In this document: piece after piece, positions 51,073-57,543 of the stretch | Layout of the letters: each line of letters begins with the position of its first letter | How positions within the stretch are numbered: the stretch's first letter is position 1 | Assembly (NCBI GenBank): GCA_013141115.1 | Contig: JABFRP010000002.1 | Coordinates: 834,389-898,388, forward strand | Direction: 5' to 3' | Source: Ferruginibacter sp. | GTDB lineage: Bacteria > Bacteroidota > Bacteroidia > Chitinophagales > Chitinophagaceae | DNA: 64,000 nucleotides | Notes under the pieces: model-generated | The model's input: only the letters and a program-made list of their open reading frames with translations | What the model was told of the DNA's origin: nothing | The model's database searches: none | Program-made: the position numbers and the translations under genes

Positions 51073-51266
51073 CCACTCTTGTGCGATTCGAACGCACACT
51101 TTGCTTTCGCAACAGGCCGGCTGTAAATACGCTTCCCTACTAATTGGTAAACTTTCGGTGCACTGTAAACTGTATTCATTCAAACGAGCAGTCTGAACGC
51201 CATCTTCCGGTCACTCCACGGATACGCTTAATTTTTCCGCAGCACTTCCTTTTATGCTAAAGAGTG
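51073..51266 (-). ncRNA. 194-nt tRNA-like RNA (acceptor, D arm and T arm with a ~143-nt central region)
   Basis: The 5' end reads CACTCTT-TA-GCAT-AAAAGGAA-GTGC (51241-51266). The 3' end reads GTGCG-TTCGAAT-CGCAC-AAGAGTG-G (51073-51097). The 7-nt acceptor strands are perfectly complementary. Confidence 0.4.
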
Positions 51267-51272
51267 AAATAA

Positions 51273-52013
51273 TTATTTCCCCGGGCAATTCAATGTTTCA
51301 TAAACCTCATTTATTTCTGTTACAAATGCCCCGGTATAACTTTGTATTACCAATAAATCCTCTATGCTTGATTTAAATTTTAAAATGGTCGTTTTATCAT
51401 TTAGCCACTCATTTAAAAATTCTATACCACCATCAGCAAAAGGATTATCAATACTCAAATTCCCTTTCCTTGTCACCTTAACTCCAGACGCTATCGTTTG
51501 AACAAAATGCATTAAAGCACTGAATTCTTTTACTTCTTCCCACATTTCAGTTGTCCAGCTAATATCAAAGCCTGTTTTTGAAAGCATAATAATTACAGCT
51601 TCAAGGTCTTCAAAATCAGCAGCAGGATATTTTGTCAAGCATTTTTTAAAGAATGATTTCATATACTGCTCCAGAAAATCCGTTTCGTCTGTTGACCATT
51701 CTCCCGATCTTAAATATGCCATTCTGCTTAAAGCTATTTCTACAGAATGTGCTGGAAAATTGAATTCACTGATAAGTTCCAATAAACGTGGCAGAAAATA
51801 TTTGTACTCCACCGCTTCAATTTCTTCCGACATAGCTGAAGTATTATAGACACTCAGCAAGTCTAAAGGAATTTTTTCAACCGGTATACTCAATAGCAAT
51901 TCCTGTTCTTCTTCACTCACACAACATGGGCATACATCAAGTTTACCATTAAGTTTGTAGCGGGCAAACAGGTTGTAACCTTTTTGTATGATCTCCTTCA
52001 TTTCCTTTTCCAT
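51273..52013 (-). CDS. hypothetical protein (246 aa from M33)
   Basis: ORF 51273..52109. The ATG at 52013 is preferred because upstream of it lies the shared divergent promoter element. No family recognised. Confidence 0.55.
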   Translation of the reverse strand: MEKEMKEIIQKGYNLFARYKLNGKLDVCPCCVSEEEQELLLSIPVEKIPLDLLSVYNTSAMSEEIEAVEYKYFLPRLLELISEFNFPAHSVEIALSRMAYLRSGEWSTDETDFLEQYMKSFFKKCLTKYPAADFEDLEAVIIMLSKTGFDISWTTEMWEEVKEFSALMHFVQTIASGVKVTRKGNLSIDNPFADGGIEFLNEWLNDKTTILKFKSSIEDLLVIQSYTGAFVTEINEVYETLNCPGK

Positions 52014-52067
52014 AACACAAATCCCAATCCCTTGTGTGCAATCTATTTGCACAGTAAAAATTATTTT
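52012..52067. promoter_or_regulatory. 56-bp duplicated promoter/operator-like element, copy 2 (divergent region of the WYL gene)
   Basis: Palindrome tgtgcaa-N5-ttgcaca at 52035-52053. On the plus strand, TTTG inside the palindrome followed after 21 nt by TATTTTTA resembles a Bacteroidota -33/-7 promoter ahead of the ATG at 52093. Confidence 0.55.
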
Positions 52068-52092
52068 CACTATTTTTAAAAAAAAATTCAAA

Positions 52093-53106
52093 ATGCCTGT
52101 AAACCGCAATGCCCTAATCCGCTACCGCACTATCGACAAATGCCTGCAAAACCGCCGCCGCAAATGGACCATCGAAGACCTGATAGATGCCTGCAATGAT
52201 GCTTTGTACGAGTACGAAGGCGTGCATACCAATATCAGCATGCGTACCATCCGGCTGGATCTGAATGCCATGCGTAGTGATTCTCTCGGCTACAATGCCC
52301 CCATCATAGTAAACAACAAAAAATTTTATACTTATGAAGATGCGGAGTATTCCATTGCTAACAGTCCGCTTACTACACAAGATCTGGGCATATTGCAGGA
52401 AGTATCGCACCTACTGCGCCAGTTTAAAGGTTTCAGCCACTTTAACGAAGTGAGCGAAATGGTAAATAAACTGGAAGACAAAATTTACAGCGAACAACAC
52501 CAGCAGGCATCCGTAATTGATTTTGAAAAAAACGACTTGCTCACCGGCATTGAATGGCTGGATATTTTATACAAGGCCATTGTAAATAAAACCACCTTGC
52601 TCATCACTTACCAATCTTTTAAAGCACGCCAGGCGGCCGATATTATTTTTTATCCCTACCTGCTTAAAGAATACCGCAACCGCTGGTTTATCCTGGGTAT
52701 GAAAAAGCAGGGCAAAGAAATCATCACTTTTGCATTAGACCGTATTCAAAATATTACAGCACAGGACAAAGAACTTTTTGTGCAGCACAAAAAATTTGAG
52801 CCGCATACTTACTTCGATAATATTATTGGCGTTACCCGTAACTATGCCGAAGAGCCGACCACCATTTTATTTTGGGCCAGTGCACATCATGCACCTTATA
52901 TAAAAACTAAACCCATACATGCATCACAAAAAATAGTAGAAGAAGTAAAAGGCGGTACGCATTTCAGCATTGCCGTTATCCCCAATTTTGAAATGGAAAG
53001 AGAACTGATCGGCTTTGGTGAAGGCATTAAAATTTTATCGCCTAATAATATTGTGCGGCAGATAAAACGGAAAGTGCGTTTGATAAGCGAGCTGTACCAG
53101 GAATAA
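52093..53106 (+). CDS. WYL-domain transcriptional regulator (HTH-WYL-WCX type)
   Basis: The N-terminus MPVNRNALIRYRTIDKCLQN is typical of this family. A central WYL-like segment is YPYLLKEYRNRWFILG. Confidence 0.8.
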   Translation: MPVNRNALIRYRTIDKCLQNRRRKWTIEDLIDACNDALYEYEGVHTNISMRTIRLDLNAMRSDSLGYNAPIIVNNKKFYTYEDAEYSIANSPLTTQDLGILQEVSHLLRQFKGFSHFNEVSEMVNKLEDKIYSEQHQQASVIDFEKNDLLTGIEWLDILYKAIVNKTTLLITYQSFKARQAADIIFYPYLLKEYRNRWFILGMKKQGKEIITFALDRIQNITAQDKELFVQHKKFEPHTYFDNIIGVTRNYAEEPTTILFWASAHHAPYIKTKPIHASQKIVEEVKGGTHFSIAVIPNFEMERELIGFGEGIKILSPNNIVRQIKRKVRLISELYQE

Positions 53107-53148
53107 GGAAATTAAATTTTTCAAAACTTAACTTACCTTTCCGGTTGC

Positions 53149-54231
53149 TTAATTCATCGTCACTTCCTGCCGTCTAAACCCAAACACTTCCGTTCTTTCA
53201 ATTACATTATCTTTTTCATCGGGGTTGGCAATTTCTGCTATGGTCATAGGCTTTGTAATGCTATTGCTAAAACCTAAGTGATCCGATAAGCGTTGCGATT
53301 TTGTTGTACTCAACTTTCCAAATTCATATTTTGCAATTAACCTGCCTTTACGCATCAGTGCACTATCTACCAGTGTAAGCGAATTATTAAAAGTGCAGAT
53401 CAGTTGTACATTTAAAAAATCGGCCAGCAACCCATCGGAAATGTTCAATAAATTAGATACCGATGCATTGCCATTTAATTTTCTATCCATAATTATATTT
53501 TCTGCATCTTCAATGATCAGCACACTGTTGGGATTGCTCACCAGCAACTCAATAAAATCGGGGCTGGTAATATCCGCTGCTACATTGGGAGACACAAACA
53601 ACACCCGCTTTTTAATTTTACCAATAAGGTAACGCAGGTAAGTGGTTTTGCCTGTGCCGGGTAAACCGTGCAGTAATACAATGCCTTTGTCTTTATCTTT
53701 TGTAAGCCGCTTGCAAATGGTATCACTCACTGCTTTAAAATCATCTTCATAAAAAAGATCCAGGCTAAGCTTAGTACGTTTTACTTCCAGTTGCTTTAAC
53801 TCCAGCCCGTTTCGGCCACGGCTGATGAGGTTTATCTCTAACGGCTTTCTGCGCTGCTTCTCTTTAAACTGTTTCATCAGGTTAGTACAGTCGTTTATAA
53901 AATCTTCCTGCATCCCGCTGTGATATATTTCGCAGTAATTGGTATCAAACTCTATTACACATCCGTTTTTCATGATCATAAATGTTTCATCAAAAACGTA
54001 GCGTTTTTTCTTACTGTCGTAATAGCGGTAACCATGCTGCGACTCTATCAAATGCCCAAACTTGTCTTTGATAGCAGCAAATGCTTTTTCCCCATCAATA
54101 TTGTTGATATAGTTAGCACTGGGTATTTGCCCAAAGCAATACAGGTATAATGATTTGCCACTTAAAAATCCATTATCAAAAATGCTGTTGGCATTGATCA
54201 TTTTTTGATTGGTAGTATTTTCCATTTTCAT
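53149..54231 (-). CDS. AAA+ ATPase (classic AAA clade) with an N-terminal domain of unknown function
   Basis: 360 aa with Walker A GLPGTGKT and Walker B LIIEDAEN. Confidence 0.8.
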   Translation of the reverse strand: MKMENTTNQKMINANSIFDNGFLSGKSLYLYCFGQIPSANYINNIDGEKAFAAIKDKFGHLIESQHGYRYYDSKKKRYVFDETFMIMKNGCVIEFDTNYCEIYHSGMQEDFINDCTNLMKQFKEKQRRKPLEINLISRGRNGLELKQLEVKRTKLSLDLFYEDDFKAVSDTICKRLTKDKDKGIVLLHGLPGTGKTTYLRYLIGKIKKRVLFVSPNVAADITSPDFIELLVSNPNSVLIIEDAENIIMDRKLNGNASVSNLLNISDGLLADFLNVQLICTFNNSLTLVDSALMRKGRLIAKYEFGKLSTTKSQRLSDHLGFSNSITKPMTIAEIANPDEKDNVIERTEVFGFRRQEVTMN

Positions 54232-54358
54232 TATTTTTAAGCTGCTAAAATCTCTACTTCAAAAATTACTAGCGGCTTGTTTTTTAATTCTTGTTAATTT
54301 ACATACTGCTTAAAGTCCCCGGAATTTATCCCGATTTTTTCGGGAGGGGATTTAGGGG

Positions 54359-54844
54359 CTAATGCACAATTTTATTAGCGCAACTGCTGCTTGCAAAAGC
54401 ATCCGGCTTGGCTTTAAAAGCAAAGCCCATCCCCATGATATATCCCATGGCTTCTTTCAAAGCATCATTACTTTTAAAATTAGGATTGGTATTAATATCC
54501 ACATGCACTTCCATATCCACACTGTAGCGGCTAAAAATATTGCACAGCGTATACGCTACTTCAACACTCTTCGCTACTTCCACTAACATCCGTTGTTTGA
54601 TACTCATTTTTTGCAAAGTAGTTTCGTTGCAGATATACATAAACCCTCCTTTACCCTTACGTATAAAAACAATTACGGTAGCAAATTCAGTTTCCTTTCC
54701 TTTTACCTGGCTATCGGTACCAATACACACTTTCAGTTCATGGCCCATTGCTCTTTCTCTTTCAATAGTTACCTTTACTTCATCCTCAATAGGAATGCGT
54801 ATTTTTTCACCGTTTAATTTTCTCCATTGCTGTTGCTGTTCCAT
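54359..54844 (-). CDS. YkuK/DUF458 family RNase H-like protein
   Basis: 161 aa with the motif CIGTDSQVKGKETEFATVIVFIRKGKGGF, matching the IGTDSQ...TAIV..R.GKG pattern I recall for YkuK. Confidence 0.7.
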   Translation of the reverse strand: MEQQQQWRKLNGEKIRIPIEDEVKVTIERERAMGHELKVCIGTDSQVKGKETEFATVIVFIRKGKGGFMYICNETTLQKMSIKQRMLVEVAKSVEVAYTLCNIFSRYSVDMEVHVDINTNPNFKSNDALKEAMGYIMGMGFAFKAKPDAFASSSCANKIVH

Positions 54845-54973
54845 TTTTTTAAAGTTTTCTTAATGCCCTTCGGGACATTAATTTTTATTAGCGAACTTTT
54901 GTTCCCTGATGAAGCGACATTGGCAGAGTTTATCCTGACAAAGGAAGGACTCCATTCAACATTTTTTCTTTAA

Positions 54974-55720
54974 TCATCTTTTCCCAGCCTTTATTGAATC
55001 AAGTATTTGAATCAATGATTTGTTTTTAAATTCATTTGCTTCATTATACTTTTCAAACTCTTTATAATACCTGTGCTTGTAATGCCCATGCACCAACCGG
55101 GATTGCTTTTTCCGTAAATCTTTTCGCTCCAGGTAATTGTCCAATAATTTCATCTTCGATTCCAGCTCGGCATCTTTTATCCTTACCTTATCAATCATAT
55201 TGGGCTTTATTTTTAACACATATCTCCAAACTTCAATAAACTCATACCGCTTAATGGGTTGTTTTTTCCAATCCAATTCCCACACTTCTCTAAAAAATTG
55301 TTTTTCAGATTCGTTGAAATCCATTTTTAAAGATTGGTATTCGTAAGGCCTTAAAAGATGTTGTGGTTTTACAACATAAATTTTTCGCCCCCGTTTCCGC
55401 TTCTTTCTTTTAAAGTCTTTTTTCCAGTGGTACTCGTAAGTATTTATTTTTTTTAAAATCGTTTCAAAAAAAATCCCATGCCTGCTCCTTGCCACATCCT
55501 CCCTTACTACAAAAAACCTAACCCATCCTTTTTGTATCGGCGGATGCAATGGCTCCCACCCCAAATTTCTTTGTTGCAGATACAATGCATTTTCTTCTTT
55601 ATGCAATTGTATCAGTTGCTTATCAAAATCTTTATACCGCAGTCTTTTCTTTTGCCTTGCAGTACGTAAACGGTAACAGAGCATATCTTCTCCGTACTGT
55701 TGAATAAGTTTTGTGTCCAT
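54974..55720 (-). CDS. highly basic hypothetical protein
   Basis: 248 aa, K/R/W/Y-rich (KKDFKRKKRKRGRK). It is the first CDS downstream of the tRNA array on the same strand. Confidence 0.55.
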   Translation of the reverse strand: MDTKLIQQYGEDMLCYRLRTARQKKRLRYKDFDKQLIQLHKEENALYLQQRNLGWEPLHPPIQKGWVRFFVVREDVARSRHGIFFETILKKINTYEYHWKKDFKRKKRKRGRKIYVVKPQHLLRPYEYQSLKMDFNESEKQFFREVWELDWKKQPIKRYEFIEVWRYVLKIKPNMIDKVRIKDAELESKMKLLDNYLERKDLRKKQSRLVHGHYKHRYYKEFEKYNEANEFKNKSLIQILDSIKAGKR

Positions 55721-55843
55721 AATGTTTTATTTTGTTTCGATCGAAAACTCCTGTGCCATTGCAGCAGGTGTGTTATTTGTTTCATTATGAACCGTGTTAC
55801 TTTTTTCATTACTTCTTTTTTAAGTTGTATAAATTTATTTTTG

Positions 55844-55914
55844 CATCAATACAAGGATTCGAACCCTGACAGATAGTGTTGGAAGCTATCATGCTACCTT
55901 TACATCATACTGAT
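55844..55914 (-). tRNA. tRNA-Trp(CCA)
   Basis: Manual fold: acceptor ATCAGTA/TATTGAT, T arm CAGGG-TTCGAAT-CCTTG, anticodon arm ATAGC-TTCCAAC-ACTAT with one C-A mismatch. Confidence 0.7.
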
Positions 55915-55925
55915 AATTTTTATTG

Positions 55926-55996
55926 CGGACGAAGCAAGACTCGAACTTGCACTACCAGCTCTTCAAACAGGCACTCTACCGTTGAGTTATTCGTCC
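55926..55996 (-). tRNA. tRNA-Phe(GAA)
   Basis: Acceptor GGACGAA/TTCGTCC, T arm GCAAG-TTCGAGT-CTTGC, anticodon loop TTGAAGA. The anticodon stem has one U-U mismatch. Confidence 0.75.
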
Positions 55997-55999
55997 AGT

Positions 56000-56067
56000 T
56001 TGTTTGCAACAGGCTTGTTGATTGATCTATATTTCCTCATCGTCGAATTCACCTGTTATCAAACAAT
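56000..56067. repeat. hairpin spacer element 1 inside the tRNA array
   Basis: The arms tgtttgcaacagg (56001-56013) and cctgttatcaaaca (56052-56066) pair. It shares its terminal sequence with the element at 56569. Confidence 0.5.
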
Positions 56068-56077
56068 TTCTTTATTG

Positions 56078-56151
56078 AGTCCTGCAGAGGACTCGAACCT
56101 CCTTCTTTCGATTTGCAGTCGAATGCATACGACCATGTCTGCCAGCAGGAC
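56078..56151 (-). tRNA. tRNA-Cys(GCA)
   Basis: Acceptor GTCCTGC/GCAGGAC, T arm GGAGG-TTCGAGT-CCTCT, anticodon arm TTCGA-CTGCAAA-TCGAA. Confidence 0.8.
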
Positions 56152-56156
56152 ATTTG

Positions 56157-56240
56157 CGGAGAGTAAAGGATTCGAACCTTTGCACCGAATAAACGATGAT
56201 GGCTTAGCGGGCCACTACAATACCACTCTGTCAACTCTCC
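56157..56240 (-). tRNA. tRNA-Ser(GCT), type II, with C at position 33
   Basis: Acceptor GGAGAGT/ACTCTCC, T arm AAAGG-TTCGAAT-CCTTT, a long variable arm, and anticodon arm GTGGC-CCGCTAA-GCCAT. Confidence 0.7.
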
Positions 56241-56252
56241 TAAATATTTTTG

Positions 56253-56340
56253 CGGAGAGAAAGAGATTCGAACTCTTGATCCGCCAAATGGCGGACAGTA
56301 TGTTTTCAAGACAGCATCCATGACCATCCGGACTCTCTCC
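56253..56340 (-). tRNA. tRNA-Ser(TGA), type II, with a weak anticodon stem
   Basis: Acceptor GGAGAGA/TCTCTCC, T arm AAGAG-TTCGAAT-CTCTT, variable arm CCGCC-ATTT-GGCGG, and loop CTTGAAA closed by only 3 Watson-Crick pairs. Confidence 0.65.
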
Positions 56341-56345
56341 AATTG

Positions 56346-56485
56346 TGTGAGTGGATGGATTACTCACTTCACATTTATTTAATTTTTGTGTTCATGTATT
56401 CCGCTTCGCTCCATTTCGAACCATCTAAGTCTTTTGAACAGCAGATTTACAGTCTGCTACGAATCGCCGTCTTCGTCGCACTCAC
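56346..56485 (-). tRNA. tRNA-Tyr(GTA)-like gene with a 55-nt insertion in the T-loop (possibly a pseudogene)
   Basis: Acceptor GTGAGTG/CACTCAC, D arm ACGA-N10-TCGT, anticodon arm GCAGA-CTGTAAA-TCTGC. The T stem GATGG (56421-56425) pairs with CCATC (56354-56358) and encloses TTCGAA plus 55 nt (56360-56414) plus T. Confidence 0.5.
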
Positions 56486-56492
56486 ATTTTTG

Positions 56493-56564
56493 AGGATGAA
56501 AAAAGATTCGAACTTTTAACCCTCCCGCTAACAACGGGACGCTCTGCCATTGAGCTATTCATCG
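56493..56564 (-). tRNA. tRNA-Asn(GTT)
   Basis: Acceptor CGATGAA/TTCATCC (C1 x C72 mismatch), T arm AAAAG-TTCGAAT-CTTTT, anticodon arm TCCCG-TTGTTAG-CGGGA. Confidence 0.75.
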
Positions 56565-56568
56565 ATTA

Positions 56569-56671
56569 TTTGTTTGACCAGGGATTTTTAAAGATTGATG
56601 GGATTAAAAAAATTATAGCATCCATAATCTTTTTAATCATTTTCATCCACCCAAATCCCAGTTCAAACAAA
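56569..56671. repeat. 103-nt hairpin spacer element 2 inside the tRNA array
   Basis: The arms tttgtttgaccagggattt and aaatcccagttcaaacaaa pair at 17 of 19 positions. There is further inner pairing (gattaaaaa/tttttaatc). Confidence 0.55.
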
Positions 56672-56674
56672 CTG

Positions 56675-56748
56675 TAGTTCCGGTGAGACTCGAACTCACA
56701 ACCACCGAATTAAAAGTTCGGTGCATCTAACCATTGAGCTACGAAACT
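56675..56748 (-). tRNA. tRNA-Lys(TTT)
   Basis: Acceptor AGTTTCG/CGGAACT, T arm GTGAG-TTCGAGT-CTCAC, anticodon arm CCGAA-CTTTTAA-TTCGG. The D stem is weakened by an extra T. Confidence 0.75.
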
Positions 56749-56755
56749 ATTTTTG

Positions 56756-56828
56756 TGATGACTAAAGGACTCGAACCTTTAACCACTACCGTATCAGGAT
56801 AGCACTCTGCCAATTGAGTTAAGTCATC
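56756..56828 (-). tRNA. tRNA-Ile(GAT)
   Basis: Acceptor GATGACT/AGTCATC, T arm AAAGG-TTCGAGT-CCTTT, anticodon arm CTATC-CTGATAC-GGTAG. Confidence 0.8.
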
Positions 56829-56832
56829 TTTG

Positions 56833-56904
56833 TTGCGACCGCAAGATTCGAACTTGCATCTTCTGGCTTATGAGACCAGTATGTTACCATTACACCAAGT
56901 CACA
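56833..56904 (-). tRNA. tRNA-Met(CAT) (elongator Met or lysidine-dependent Ile2, undecided)
   Basis: Acceptor TGTGACT/GGTCGCA (2 G-U pairs), T arm GCAAG-TTCGAAT-CTTGC, anticodon arm CTGGT-CTCATAA-GCCAG. It lacks the initiator GGG/CCC stem. Confidence 0.75.
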
Positions 56905-56918
56905 ATTTTATTTTTTTG

Positions 56919-56991
56919 TTGACTTAATTGGATTCGAACCAATAACCTTTTGCGTATAAGGCAACTGCTCTCACCGTTAAGCTATAAGTCA
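56919..56991 (-). tRNA. tRNA-Ile(TAT)
   Basis: Acceptor TGACTTA/TAAGTCA, T arm ATTGG-TTCGAAT-CCAAT, anticodon loop CTTATAC. Confidence 0.7.
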
Positions 56992-56997
56992 ATTTAG

Positions 56998-57070
56998 TTG
57001 GTCTAACAAGATTCGAACTTGTATCCCCACGTTCGTAGCGTAGTATTCTCATCCGTTGAACTATAGACCA
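56998..57070 (-). tRNA. tRNA-Arg(ACG)
   Basis: Acceptor TGGTCTA/TAGACCA, T arm ACAAG-TTCGAAT-CTTGT, anticodon arm CTACG-CTACGAA-CGTGG. Confidence 0.8.
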
Positions 57071-57074
57071 ATTT

Positions 57075-57168
57075 GTGCGGCTTCCGGATTTGAACCGGAT
57101 ACGACCCTCTTATGTTTACCTCTTAGAAAAAGAGGAAGACGATCATGTTACCATTACACTCAACCGCA
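57075..57168 (-). tRNA. atypical 94-nt tRNA-like gene (anticodon assignment ambiguous; the best hairpin gives TTC)
   Basis: Acceptor TGCGGTT/AGCCGCA, D arm GTGT-AATGGTA-ACAT, T arm TCCGG-TTCAAAT-CCGGA. The 44-nt central region holds the hairpin CCTCT-TTTTCTA-AGAGG plus a second AAGAGG copy. Confidence 0.45.
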
Positions 57169-57170
57169 TT

Positions 57171-57243
57171 GGTTGACTTCGGGTCTCGAACCCTGTTCCC
57201 CACATTCACAGTGTGGTACTTTACCAGTTAAGCTAAAGCCAAC
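57171..57243 (-). tRNA. tRNA-His(GTG)
   Basis: Acceptor GTTGGCT/AGTCAAC, anticodon arm CCACA-CTGTGAA-TGTGG. The T arm CAGGG-TTCGAGA-CCCGA is imperfect. Confidence 0.7.
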
Positions 57244-57253
57244 ATTTAATAAG

Positions 57254-57325
57254 TGCAGCATGAGTGATTCGAACACTCTCCTCCGATTTGGAAGACCGGC
57301 ACGCCGCCATCAACGCATATACTGC
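57254..57325 (-). tRNA. tRNA-Gly(TCC)
   Basis: Acceptor GCAGTAT/ATGCTGC, T arm GAGTG-TTCGAAT-CACTC, anticodon arm CCGGT-CTTCCAA-ATCGG. Confidence 0.8.
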
Positions 57326-57335
57326 AATTTTTTTG

Positions 57336-57406
57336 TTATCGAGGATAGATTCGAACTATCAACTTCAGAGTCAAATTCTGAAATGTTGCCATTACACCAC
57401 TCGATA
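57336..57406 (-). tRNA. tRNA-Gln(TTG)
   Basis: Acceptor TATCGAG/CTCGATA, T arm GATAG-TTCGAAT-CTATC, anticodon arm TCAGA-ATTTGAC-TCTGA. Confidence 0.8.
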
Positions 57407-57416
57407 ATTTTTTTTG

Positions 57417-57488
57417 CGGTTCGTATGAGAATCGAACTCATAGCTTCTGATAGACAATCAGAAATGTTAGCCGTTACACTAACGAACC
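57417..57488 (-). tRNA. tRNA-Asp(GTC) with U at position 37
   Basis: Acceptor GGTTCGT/ACGAACC, T arm ATGAG-TTCGATT-CTCAT, anticodon arm TCTGA-TTGTCTA-TCAGA. Confidence 0.75.
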
Positions 57489-57543
57489 GTTATAGTGGAG
57501 TACTGACTGAAGCAATACTGCACACTATGTTTCAAAGGGCTTG

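Noticed and set aside
50550-51196. Track ORFs 50550..50918 and 50921..51196 (+).
   Set aside because: They run antisense through tRNA-like elements and hairpins, have odd composition, and have no start context. I treat them as non-coding.
51073-51266. tmRNA as the identity of the 194-nt tRNA-like RNA.
   Set aside because: It is too short, has no G3-U70 alanine identity pair and no obvious tag reading frame or resume codon context.
56346-56485. A group I intron in the Tyr-like gene.
   Set aside because: The insertion is only 55 nt and lies in the T-loop rather than the anticodon loop. It is far below group I size.
56493-56564. Initiator tRNA identity for the gene with a C1 x C72 mismatch.
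   Set aside because: The anticodon is GTT (Asn), and the anticodon stem lacks the three G-C pairs typical of initiators.
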